Of a DNA stretch of 35,286 nucleotides, positions 9,631 to 18,734 are shown in pieces. Positions within the stretch are counted from its first letter, which is position 1. Each line of letters starts with the position of its first letter. This stretch comes from Phycisphaerae bacterium. GTDB taxonomy: Bacteria > Planctomycetota > Phycisphaerae > UBA1845. A program made the translations under genes and the position numbers. The DNA is taken from the NCBI GenBank assembly GCA_049605375.1, contig JBMYUM010000003.1, forward strand, positions 1-35,286. Reading direction: 5' to 3'. A model generated the notes under the pieces. That model made no database searches and was not told the DNA's origin. It was given only the letters and a program-made list of their open reading frames with translations.

Positions 9631-10164
9631 TTAGTTGCTCGGCGACGATCCTTGCTGCCCGGCAGAACCGGCAGCGGCACCAGTCTGTGCCTGCGGATTG
9701 ACCGTTCCCTTGAGATCAATTTGGATGGCCTTATTGGCCGAGGTTCCCCGTCCACCTGAGATCATGCGCGATACATCGACACGGCTCATGTCACATTCGG
9801 AGAGGTTCAAGTATTCGCGAACGTGTTCGATACGCTGTGCCACAAGTGTTTCATCCACCTGATGCGTTTCGTAGCGAACCGTTCCACCGTACGTCTGCAG
9901 GTACTCGACCATTCGATCGAGTCGTGCCATACCCGTGCCACTCAATTCCGTTGTGTGTGGGACGAAGTGAATGTCGTTCACGGTCATATCGTGAAGCATG
10001 GCATTGTCTGACATCTGGCAGAACATGGATGGATAGTGTTCCTTCATTTCATCCATATGTGCATTCTGAATCTGATGAGGCGTCGTTGGGCCGTTACACC
10101 CTACGACGAAAACCAGTCCAGCTACCGTCGCTACTGCGCCGTTCATTCGAGATCCTGCTTGCAT
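9631..10164 (-). CDS. Lipoprotein with divergent OmpA-C/Pal-like (CpaD-like) domain
   Basis: Lipobox VVG-C. IHFVPHTTELSGTGMARLDRMVEYL and LVAQRIEHVREYL...SRVDV parallel OmpA-C consensus segments. Stop lies 19 nt before the TPR gene start. Confidence 0.65.
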   Translation of the reverse strand: MQAGSRMNGAVATVAGLVFVVGCNGPTTPHQIQNAHMDEMKEHYPSMFCQMSDNAMLHDMTVNDIHFVPHTTELSGTGMARLDRMVEYLQTYGGTVRYETHQVDETLVAQRIEHVREYLNLSECDMSRVDVSRMISGGRGTSANKAIQIDLKGTVNPQAQTGAAAGSAGQQGSSPSN

Positions 10165-10785
10165 GACTAATCAGCTCCTGTGGGCAAAATCCTGCCGGAA
10201 TCACACGCGTTCGTTTCACATGACGTCGCGCAAAAACTCCGGTCTCTACTGCACCGTCTGATGTCCTATCGAGCAGTTCTCCCGGCAACATTCGCTATTT
10301 ATCGGTCTGGATCGTCACATGTGACACGTTTTTCGGGGCGCGCCGGCGTGCGGTTTTTGCGCGGGCGTTTCAACGACGAACACCGATTTTGACGACCCCC
10401 ATCAGCAGTACAGATACGCCGTTCCGCATGAACGTCGTATCAGCATTGAAAAACCGATGCGGCCGATCGCGCCGCCTGGTAGCGCGTCCTCCGATCGACA
10501 TTCTCAACCCTGTGAGCGAGGATCTGGCGGCAACGGGAACGCAGTCGGCAAGCGCGACCCGCAACCGATCAGGTACCGCAAAAAAGTTTTTGAAAAGTTT
10601 TCCGCCGCGGCATTCTCCGGGCGCAATCCATGGCTCAAAATGCGTGAATGTACGTATGGGAAGAGGGCGATGCCTCATCGCCACCGACCATCAAGATGAG
10701 TCAACCGCAGTGCCGTGATCGTGTCGCCGCAGCGGCGATCCCCAATGGGATTCAAACCCGTCGAGGTTCAAGAGGATAATTGACC

Positions 10786-11889
10786 ATGGGCAATCAAGAC
10801 CCCGAACAGTTTGCGTCCCTCGCCAGGACGATTCATGATCGTGAATGCGTGATCGATACTCATTGCGACACCACGCAACGCATGATGGACCCGGCTTGGG
10901 ATTTCTCGGCCCGGCACGACGATGGCCACGTGGACATACCTCGACTTCGCGAAGGCGGCATCGACGCCGTCTTCATGGCGATTTTCACCGCCGGCCCGCT
11001 ACCGCCCGGTGAAGGCACCGTCATCGCTAGAGATCAGTTGGACGTGCTTCGGTCGCTGCCGGATCGCTACCCCGATGACATCATGCTCGCAGGAACATCA
11101 CGTGACATCCTGACGGCACGCGAGATCGGCAAGATTGCAATCATTCCGGCTATCGAAGGTGGGTATCTGATCGATGGTTGCCTGGATACGCTTCAGGAAT
11201 TCTACGACAAGGGTGTCAGATATATGACACTGACACACGGCTTTCATACGCAGTGGGCTGACTCTTCCGGTATTTTCGAACGACTCGAACCGCTGCATCA
11301 CGGACTTTCAGATTTTGGTAAGGATGTTGTACGTGCCATGCAGTCGATGGGCATGATGGTGGACGTTTCGCATGTCAGCGACGAAACCGTTAAGGACGTG
11401 CTCAGCGTCGCCACCGCACCGATCATCGCCAGCCATTCCTGCTGCGACGCCGTCAATCCTCACCCGAGGAATCTCTCTGACGACTTGATGCATGCCATCG
11501 CCGAAACCGGCGGTGTGATACAGATCAATGCCTCCGCCGCCTTCCTCGACCCGGACTACCCCACCGTCGACCCCCACCAGGCACAGGCATGGTTGAAACA
11601 ACTGGATCCGACGATGCGTCTTGATAAGCCGTGCGAAACGCCACTGTCACTGATGAGTCGCCACATCATGCATGCGCTGGAGACCGTCGGGCCGGACCAT
11701 GTCGGTATCGGCAGCGACTTCGACGGGGTACTTCACGTTCCGGAAGGATTGGAAGATTGCACCCGGCTTCCCATGTTAACCGCCGACCTGCTCGCGCAAG
11801 GCGTGGCTGAATCGACCATGGCAAAAGTGCTGGGCACCAATGTGCTTCGCGCCATGGACGAATGCCGGCAGGCGGGAATCGCCGGATAG
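10786..11889 (+). CDS. Membrane-dipeptidase family (peptidase M19) metallo-dipeptidase
   Basis: DTHCDT, HVDIPRLREGG, IEGG, YMTLTH, VDVSHVS, ASHS, HPRNLSD and GIGSDFDG motifs. GAGGA SD 9 nt before ATG 10786. Confidence 0.93.
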   Translation: MGNQDPEQFASLARTIHDRECVIDTHCDTTQRMMDPAWDFSARHDDGHVDIPRLREGGIDAVFMAIFTAGPLPPGEGTVIARDQLDVLRSLPDRYPDDIMLAGTSRDILTAREIGKIAIIPAIEGGYLIDGCLDTLQEFYDKGVRYMTLTHGFHTQWADSSGIFERLEPLHHGLSDFGKDVVRAMQSMGMMVDVSHVSDETVKDVLSVATAPIIASHSCCDAVNPHPRNLSDDLMHAIAETGGVIQINASAAFLDPDYPTVDPHQAQAWLKQLDPTMRLDKPCETPLSLMSRHIMHALETVGPDHVGIGSDFDGVLHVPEGLEDCTRLPMLTADLLAQGVAESTMAKVLGTNVLRAMDECRQAGIAG

Positions 11890-11966
11890 CGGAATGACGC
11901 AACGGCAGCCCTGGTGAAGGGTACGGTAAACCCTCCCGCCCTACGTTGGCGCGAATTGACCAGATT

Positions 11967-11997
11967 GGGGTGGCGATTTTTTCTACCCCCCTTTTTT
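11967..11997 (+). terminator. Possible intrinsic terminator after the dipeptidase gene
   Basis: GGGGTGG/CTACCCC stem (one G-U pair) followed by a T6 run at 11992-11997. Confidence 0.45.
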
Positions 11998-12025
11998 CCG
12001 ATGTGCATGACGCTACACTCCGGTC

Positions 12026-13636
12026 ATGGATGTCATCGCTAGCCAAATCAAGAACAGCGACTCCGATTTCCGGGAGAACGCTGAGCATATGCAGGAGCAG
12101 GTGTCCCTCTTACGCGAACGACTCACGGTCGTTCAGCAAGGAGGAGGGGCGGCTGCCGTTGAGAAGCACACAGCCCGCGGGAAGCTGCTCGCACGTGACC
12201 GTATCGACAAACTTGTTGATCCGGAAAGTCCGTTCCTTGAGTTCAGCGCCCTGGCAGCCTGGGATGTATACAAGGGACAACCGGCGTCAGCCGGCGTGGT
12301 TACCGGCATCGGCCGCGTTCATGGTCGGGAGTGCGTGATCGTTGCCAATGACGCTACCGTGAAGGGCGGAAGTTACTATCCGCTGACGGTCAAGAAGCAC
12401 CTTCGAGCTCAGGAGGTTGCACGGGAAAATCACCTTCCCTGCATCTACCTCGTCGATTCGGGCGGTGCGTTTCTCCCCATGCAGGATGAAGTCTTCCCAG
12501 ACAAGGAACACTTCGGACGCATCTTCTTCAACCAGGCCACAATGTCGGCGATGGGCATTCCACAAATTGCCGTGGTGCTCGGTTCCTGCACAGCCGGCGG
12601 CGCGTACGTACCCGCCATGAGCGACGAGACCATCATCGTCAAAGAACAAGGTACCATCTTCCTCGGTGGCCCGCCGCTCGTGAAAGCAGCAACAGGGGAA
12701 GAGGTCACAGCCGAGGAGCTTGGCGGCGCCGACGTCCACTGTCGCGAATCCGGCGTGGCCGACCATTATGCCATCAACGACGAAGACGCATTGGCCATTG
12801 CGCGCAGCATCGTCAAGCACCTGAACCGCCGGCCTGTAACGAGCTTGGACACGGTTCCCGTCGAAGAACCCCTTTATGACATTCGCGACGTGTACGGCAT
12901 TATCCCCAAAGACAGCCGCAAGACTTTTGACGTACGTGAGATCATCGCCCGCCTTGTGGATGGCAGCCGTTTTCACGAATTCAAAGCGTTATATGGAAAA
13001 ACACTTGTCGCCGGTTTCGCCCATATCTGGGGCTACCCGGTTGGCATTCTGGCGAACAACGGCGTTCTTTTTGCAGAGAGCGCATCGAAAGCTGCACACT
13101 TTGTAGAGCTGTGCTCGCAGCGCGGAACCCCCCTTGTGTTCCTTCAGAATATCACCGGGTTCATGGTCGGGCGACAGTTCGAAGCCGGCGGCATCGCCAA
13201 AGACGGCGCCAAACTGGTCACCGCTGTTTCCTGCGTCAACGTTCCCAAATTCACCGTCATCGTCGGTGGTTCACACGGTGCCGGCAACTACGGCATGTGC
13301 GGCCGGGCCTACGAGCCGAGGTTCCTGTGGATGTGGCCCAACGCCCGCATCAGCGTCATGGGTGGCGATCAAGCCGCGAACGTCCTGCTGACCGTGAAAA
13401 AAGATCAGCTCGCAGCGAAGGGCGAACCCGCCATGTCTCCGGAAGAAGAGGCAGCCTTCAAGAAGCCGACGCTCGATAAGTACGAACTGGAAAGCAGTGC
13501 GTATTACAGCACGGCCCGCCTCTGGGATGACGGTATCATCGACCCAGCCGACACAAGAATGACACTGGCCCTTGGAATCGCTGCGTCGCTGAACGGTCCC
13601 TTCCCGCCCCGTCAGCAAAGCGTCTTCCGAATGTAG
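12026..13636 (+). CDS. liuB: 3-methylcrotonyl-CoA carboxylase beta (carboxyltransferase) subunit
   Basis: [68 protein letters not shown]-terminal VFRM. Confidence 0.95.
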   Translation: MDVIASQIKNSDSDFRENAEHMQEQVSLLRERLTVVQQGGGAAAVEKHTARGKLLARDRIDKLVDPESPFLEFSALAAWDVYKGQPASAGVVTGIGRVHGRECVIVANDATVKGGSYYPLTVKKHLRAQEVARENHLPCIYLVDSGGAFLPMQDEVFPDKEHFGRIFFNQATMSAMGIPQIAVVLGSCTAGGAYVPAMSDETIIVKEQGTIFLGGPPLVKAATGEEVTAEELGGADVHCRESGVADHYAINDEDALAIARSIVKHLNRRPVTSLDTVPVEEPLYDIRDVYGIIPKDSRKTFDVREIIARLVDGSRFHEFKALYGKTLVAGFAHIWGYPVGILANNGVLFAESASKAAHFVELCSQRGTPLVFLQNITGFMVGRQFEAGGIAKDGAKLVTAVSCVNVPKFTVIVGGSHGAGNYGMCGRAYEPRFLWMWPNARISVMGGDQAANVLLTVKKDQLAAKGEPAMSPEEEAAFKKPTLDKYELESSAYYSTARLWDDGIIDPADTRMTLALGIAASLNGPFPPRQQSVFRM

Positions 13637-13689
13637 CCGGGCACGCGACGCGTCTCCCGTCAGTCGTCAAACGTACAGGAAAAAGCAAC

Positions 13690-14490
13690 ATGGCAGAATT
13701 TGTCAACATAACGGAATCGGATGCGGTCGCCACGGTGACGATCACGCGCGAATCGCTGCATAACGCCTTCAACGAAGTCGTGATTGACGAGTTGACCGCA
13801 GCCTTCCGAGACCTCAGCGAGAGTGAATCGGCACGAGTGGTCATTCTTGCGTCCGAAGGAAAGTCATTCAGCGCCGGCGCCGACATCCACTGGATGAAGC
13901 GAATGGTGGACTACAGCTACGATGAGAACATTCGCGACGCCAATACCATGGCCGATATGCTTCGCGCCATTCGAGAGTGCAGCAAGCCGACGATCGCACG
14001 CGTCCATGGCGCCACGTTCGGCGGAGGTGTCGGCCTGACCGCTGCGTGCGATGTCGCCGTTGCCGTTGAGTCCGCCGTTTTCTGTCTCAGCGAAACCAAA
14101 CTGGGAATTGCGCCGGCCGTGATTTCGCCTTATGTCATGGAGAAAATCGGACCGGGCCCGATGCGCCGCTACGCACTGACGGCCGAGCGCTTTGACGCCA
14201 GAGAAGCATGCCGCCTCGGGCTTATCTCCGACTTCGTCGCAACCGCTGAAGAGCTTGATCCCTGGATCGCAAAGGTCAGCCACGAGATTCTCCAGGTCAG
14301 CCCCAACGCTGTCGCGGTGTGCAAACCACTGCTGAACGAAGTCGCCGGCCTTCACTGGGACAGGGTTCAAGAGATCACGACCGCAGGCATTGCGGGTCTT
14401 CGCGTATCGGAAGAGGGACAGGAAGGCCTGCATGCCTTCCTCGAAAAGCGGAAGCCGGCATGGTCACCGGAGGCACAGGCAAAAGCCTGA
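13690..14490 (+). CDS. liuC: Methylglutaconyl-CoA hydratase (crotonase family)
   Basis: HNAFNE, FSAGADIHWMK, GGGVGL, FCLSETKLGIAPAVISPYV, EGQEGLHAFLEKRKPAW. Sits between liuB and the biotin carboxylase. Confidence 0.9.
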   Translation: MAEFVNITESDAVATVTITRESLHNAFNEVVIDELTAAFRDLSESESARVVILASEGKSFSAGADIHWMKRMVDYSYDENIRDANTMADMLRAIRECSKPTIARVHGATFGGGVGLTAACDVAVAVESAVFCLSETKLGIAPAVISPYVMEKIGPGPMRRYALTAERFDAREACRLGLISDFVATAEELDPWIAKVSHEILQVSPNAVAVCKPLLNEVAGLHWDRVQEITTAGIAGLRVSEEGQEGLHAFLEKRKPAWSPEAQAKA

Positions 14491-14519
14491 GCGCACACGT
14501 CGCATAACGGATGATCCCC

Positions 14520-16013
14520 ATGTTCAAGAAAGTGCTTGTCGCTAACAGAGGTGAGATCGCCTGCCGCGTATTCCAGGCGCTGCAGGAAATGTCGATCACC
14601 GGTGTGGCGGTCTATTCTGATGTCGATCGGCAGTCGTTGCACGTTTCGCGCGCTGACGAAGCGTACCCACTGGGTGGTCAGACCGCGATTGAGTCTTACC
14701 TCAACATCGAACGGATTATCGAAGTCGCCCGAGAATGCGGCGCCGATGCCATTCACCCGGGTTACGGCTTCCTGTCCGAGAATGCCGCCTTCGCCCAAGC
14801 CTGCCAGGATGCCGGTATCACCTTCATTGGCCCGGAACCCCGCGTCATCAAAGCCATGGGTGACAAGATTGAAGCCAAGAGCATCATGCAGCAGGCCGGC
14901 GTCCCCACCGTCCCCGGATGGTCCGGTGATCACGGTGCATCGCTGGATGTCATTCGTAAGGCCGCCGATGAAATCGGCTACCCGCTCCTTGTCAAAGCGG
15001 CTGCCGGGGGTGGTGGTAAGGGCATGCGTGTCGTCGACCAGGCATCGGATCTGGATGCGTCGGTTGAGGCGGCAGGTCGTGAGGCAAAAGCCGCGTTCGG
15101 TGATGCGAGAATCTTCCTGGAGAAGTTCATTCGGAATCCTCGCCATATCGAGTTCCAAATCTTTGGCGACCAAAAGGGCAACGTTGTCCACCTGTTCGAA
15201 CGCGAATGCTCCTTGCAACGGCGGCACCAGAAGATCATCGAAGAGGCACCGTCGCCGGTCGTCAGCCAGGAGCTGCGAGAAGAAATGGGTAACGCCGCCG
15301 TCCGTGCCGCGAAGGCCATTGGCTACACCAACGCCGGCACCGTCGAATTCATGCTGGATGCAGACGGCTCGTTCTACTTCCTCGAAGTCAACGCACGCCT
15401 GCAGGTCGAGCACCCCGTGACCGAACTGATCACGTCGCACGACCTTGTTCGCACGCAACTTCAGGTTGCCATGGGTTTGGCATTGCCCTTCAGCCAGGAA
15501 GATCTCACCATCGGTGGGCACGCCATTGAGTGTCGGATCTACGCTGAAGATCCGTGGAATCAGTATCTGCCATCAACCGGCACCCTTGCTCATTACGTTC
15601 CCCCCGCCGGAGCGCACGTTCGTGTCGACAGCGGGGTGACTGCGGGCAGTGAAGTGTCCGTTCATTTCGATCCCATGCTTGCCAAACTGATCGTGTGGGG
15701 CGAAGACCGGGAGGTCGCAACGCTGCGTCTGCAGTGGGCCCTGCAGCGATACGTCGTGCTGGGTGTGATCACCAATATTCAATTTCTGCAGTTTCTGGTC
15801 ACACAAGATTTCTTTCGAACAGCCGAATTCCATACACAAATGCTGGATCACGATCCGCCCGCCAAGCCCGACGTCGTCCTGGATCAGAAAACGCTGGTTG
15901 CAGCGGCGGCTTCATCCCTGATGAAGTCCAACCGCCAGCCGGTCACAGGGACGGAATCCAGCTCGACCGTTTCGCCATGGCAGGAAAGCGGCTCCTGGAG
16001 GATCGCACGATGA
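14520..16013 (+). CDS. liuD: Biotin carboxylase (methylcrotonyl-CoA carboxylase alpha subunit, BC part only)
   Basis: MFKKVLVANRGEIA, IHPGYGFLSENA, GGGGKGMR, ERECSLQRRHQK, FLEVNARLQVEHPVTE, FDPMLAKLI. No biotinyl domain in this ORF. Confidence 0.92.
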   Translation: MFKKVLVANRGEIACRVFQALQEMSITGVAVYSDVDRQSLHVSRADEAYPLGGQTAIESYLNIERIIEVARECGADAIHPGYGFLSENAAFAQACQDAGITFIGPEPRVIKAMGDKIEAKSIMQQAGVPTVPGWSGDHGASLDVIRKAADEIGYPLLVKAAAGGGGKGMRVVDQASDLDASVEAAGREAKAAFGDARIFLEKFIRNPRHIEFQIFGDQKGNVVHLFERECSLQRRHQKIIEEAPSPVVSQELREEMGNAAVRAAKAIGYTNAGTVEFMLDADGSFYFLEVNARLQVEHPVTELITSHDLVRTQLQVAMGLALPFSQEDLTIGGHAIECRIYAEDPWNQYLPSTGTLAHYVPPAGAHVRVDSGVTAGSEVSVHFDPMLAKLIVWGEDREVATLRLQWALQRYVVLGVITNIQFLQFLVTQDFFRTAEFHTQMLDHDPPAKPDVVLDQKTLVAAAASSLMKSNRQPVTGTESSSTVSPWQESGSWRIAR

Positions 16014-16549
16014 GTCTATTGCGCCTGAAACATCAGGGGACCGACACGGCGTTGCAGCTGAAGCTGGAGCAGACCGATCGGGATCAAAATCGTGAATTCG
16101 TGCTCCACACGGAAGACACATCAGCAGAATTCGAGCTTGAAATCCTGGCCGAGGGGCATGGTCGCCTGCGTATGCACGGCCAGGTTATTCCGGTCTACGC
16201 ACACTGGCAGAACAACAAGCTTCAGCTCTGGGTTGAAGGACAAATCTACAACTTTGAACGTGTCGATCCGTCGGCTCAACGTGCGACGGGTGGGGGCGGC
16301 AGCAGCGCGGCACAAGAGCACATCCTGGCACCGATGCCGGGCACGATCCTTCGTGTCGATGTGAAGGAAGGTGACCACTTCGAAGCCCATGCACCATTGG
16401 TCATCATGGAATCGATGAAGATGGAAACCACCCTTTCCGTACCGCACGACGGTAAAGTTCTTCAGGTTCTATGCGAAGCGGGTGAGATGGTCGAGATGGG
16501 TGCCACACTTGTGCGCGTTGCCGGCCACGACGAATCGGAAGACGATTAA
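16010..16549 (+). CDS. BT-like plus biotin carboxyl carrier subunit of the carboxylase
   Basis: ATGA overlap with the upstream stop (16010-16013). APMPGTIL and ESMKME biotin-attachment motif. Confidence 0.9.
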   Translation: MSLLRLKHQGTDTALQLKLEQTDRDQNREFVLHTEDTSAEFELEILAEGHGRLRMHGQVIPVYAHWQNNKLQLWVEGQIYNFERVDPSAQRATGGGGSSAAQEHILAPMPGTILRVDVKEGDHFEAHAPLVIMESMKMETTLSVPHDGKVLQVLCEAGEMVEMGATLVRVAGHDESEDD

Positions 16550-16593
16550 CGTCATCGACTCACAGAGAAAACAACCAGCATGAACGCGCAAGG

Positions 16594-17517
16594 ATGAAAA
16601 CCGTGTCACTTCCGAAAAGCGTGAACATTGTCGAGGTTGGCCCTCGTGACGGGCTTCAGAACGAGACACGTCCCATACCTCTGGACGAAAAGCTGGCCTT
16701 CGTTCATGCACTGGCCGACGCCGGGCTCAAACAGATCGAAGCAACCTCTTTCGTTCATCCCAAGGCTGTCCCGCAACTGGCGGACGCCCTGGAACTCGCG
16801 CAGCAACTTCCGAGCCGTGACGGCGTGACGTGGTCGGCCCTCGCCCCCAACGCCAAGGGTCTGGATCGCGCCATTGAAGCAGGTATCAAGCGAATCGCCG
16901 TCTTCACCGCTGCGTCAGAGACCTTCACTTCAAAAAACATCCGTATGACGATCAGTGAATCACTGAAGGTCTTCGAAGAGATGATTCCGCGCGCCATCGA
17001 CGCGGGCATGTCGGTACGGGGATATGTTTCAACGGCATTCGTATGCCCCTACGAGGGCGATATCGAGCCACAGAAGGTGGTGGGTGTTTCGAAAGAGCTT
17101 ATCGATCTGGGCGTCGATGAAGTGGCCATCAGCGATACCATTGGGGCAGCCTCACCGCGCGATGTACGCGCCGTCCTCGATCTGGCCATACCGGCGTGCA
17201 GCAGCCAACGACTCGCATTGCACTTCCACGACACATACGGCACGGCCTTAGCAAACGTATACGCTGGCTTGGAGGCGGGAATCAGCACGTTTGATGCGTC
17301 TGCCGGCGGCCTGGGTGGATGCCCTTATGCACCGGGCGCCTCTGGAAATCTGGCCACGGAAGATCTGGTCTACTTTCTGGATCGCATGGGCATTGCATGC
17401 GGTGTGTCACTTGAAGGTGTCGCCGACGCGGCACGGAAAATCATGCAGCATCTGGATCCACGCCCGTCCAGCCGGCAAATGGCCCGGCTCGATGCCGGTT
17501 CACGGGACTGCCACTAG
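16594..17517 (+). CDS. liuE: Hydroxymethylglutaryl-CoA lyase
   Basis: EVGPRDGLQNE, TSFVHPKAVPQLAD, DTIG, LHFHDTYGTALAN, GGLGGCPYAPGASGNLATED. Confidence 0.96.
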   Translation: MKTVSLPKSVNIVEVGPRDGLQNETRPIPLDEKLAFVHALADAGLKQIEATSFVHPKAVPQLADALELAQQLPSRDGVTWSALAPNAKGLDRAIEAGIKRIAVFTAASETFTSKNIRMTISESLKVFEEMIPRAIDAGMSVRGYVSTAFVCPYEGDIEPQKVVGVSKELIDLGVDEVAISDTIGAASPRDVRAVLDLAIPACSSQRLALHFHDTYGTALANVYAGLEAGISTFDASAGGLGGCPYAPGASGNLATEDLVYFLDRMGIACGVSLEGVADAARKIMQHLDPRPSSRQMARLDAGSRDCH

Positions 17518-18669
17518 TTCCTCTTCCGATGACCCCTTCTCGTCTTTCCACACCGCCAGTTGCTCGCTTGACTCACGACGCTGGATAGAGCGGACAACGT
17601 GGCTCGCCATCCACTGCGAGTATTTTGCCGCTCCCTCAGCTGATAAGTGTACCCCATCCCAATAGTCATCATCCGTAAGCAAGCCATCAGGCGGGCGAAC
17701 GACCACGACCGATGTCTCACGACGAAGCTGCTCAACAAACTCAGCGTAGGGTCGATTCTTCGAAGGTGAAGCATAAGCCGGCGCAAACCGACTATGGGGT
17801 AGCTCGATCAGAAGGACCTCGACACCTGCTTCACGCAACATGCGAATGCTCCGGCGAACGGCAACACCATTGATGTTGCTCGAAGCCATGCGTTCCTGCA
17901 TGACCACGTCATGCCCGGATATCACATCCACGGAATCGTCGAGGGTTTCATGACCCGGGTTTGTATCCCCACGCCATTCCGCCCATCCGTTGGCATGGCG
18001 AATCTCACCGGAACGGGGATTGATCGGCGCCGCCAGCATCAGACGCTGCACGCAGATCCTGAAATCATGCCAGCGCGGATAGCTCTTGAGTAACGCAGCC
18101 GGAATAGCCGTATCCAGAAAGCGTGGTTCGTGACGGAAGACCAAGGGAACGGCATCCATCGCCCCCAGCGCCCCAAGACCATTGCGCAACCAGGAAGCCA
18201 ATCCAGTATCCACCGCGTTCGGCGTGATGCCAAGAAGAACGACATCCGGTTGATGGCCGGCATCAAGCATCCGAGATACGAACAGATACTGCGTCAATAG
18301 ACTCGACGCCGACGCCGAAAGATTGAGCGTGGTTCGCTCCACATTCAACGCCTGCCGAATGGCCGCATCCATAACTTGAGGATTAATACCATAGGCCTCG
18401 TACGAAGACCCCAAAACGACGACGTCAGGACCCTCAGATTGAGATGACAGCAGTTTCCACTTCCAGAGGCTGTAGTTCCGACTGCCATACAGTTCCCTCA
18501 GCGGCTGCAGAGCGAGAAACTGATCGACAGCAAGAAACACGAGCAGGAATGAAATCAGGAACTGAACGGCATGGCGACCATGAAAAGCAACGTGCCGTAC
18601 TGGCCGCGTCGATTCGACGGCACTCTTCGCCTGTGCGTGTGCATTTGCCGTCAACATCTCAGTCACCAT
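17500..18669 (-). CDS. Membrane-anchored SGNH-like protein (DUF1574/AlgJ/PatB-like), putative O-acyltransferase partner
   Basis: One N-terminal TM helix, VVVLGSS block I, C-terminal WDGVHL (DxxH). Directly downstream of an MBOAT gene. Its 3' end overlaps liuE by 18 nt. Confidence 0.75.
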   Translation of the reverse strand: MVTEMLTANAHAQAKSAVESTRPVRHVAFHGRHAVQFLISFLLVFLAVDQFLALQPLRELYGSRNYSLWKWKLLSSQSEGPDVVVLGSSYEAYGINPQVMDAAIRQALNVERTTLNLSASASSLLTQYLFVSRMLDAGHQPDVVLLGITPNAVDTGLASWLRNGLGALGAMDAVPLVFRHEPRFLDTAIPAALLKSYPRWHDFRICVQRLMLAAPINPRSGEIRHANGWAEWRGDTNPGHETLDDSVDVISGHDVVMQERMASSNINGVAVRRSIRMLREAGVEVLLIELPHSRFAPAYASPSKNRPYAEFVEQLRRETSVVVVRPPDGLLTDDDYWDGVHLSAEGAAKYSQWMASHVVRSIQRRESSEQLAVWKDEKGSSEEELVAVP

Positions 18670-18734
18670 AGCATCTCACTGCTGAAGCGAATCCATGCCC
18701 CCTCGAAGGCGCGGCAACACTCCAACGCCTGCGC

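Noticed and set aside
10666-10720. GGCGATG...TCGCC hairpin resembling the start of a fluoride riboswitch
   Set aside because: Lacks the downstream GCTGATGAC-type pseudoknot segment, and the downstream gene is not fluoride-related.
14367-15521. Long antisense ORFs (also 2795..3505, 4920..5675, 27202..28221, 33199..34026, 34123..34737)
   Set aside because: They lie opposite well-supported genes and have no motifs, as expected from codon bias in GC-rich DNA.
15695-16009. N-terminal extension of the BCCP ORF, or a programmed frameshift fusing it to biotin carboxylase
   Set aside because: The extension overlaps the carboxylase C-terminus and reads as nonsense. A clean ATGA coupling at 16010 explains the arrangement, and no slippery site is evident.
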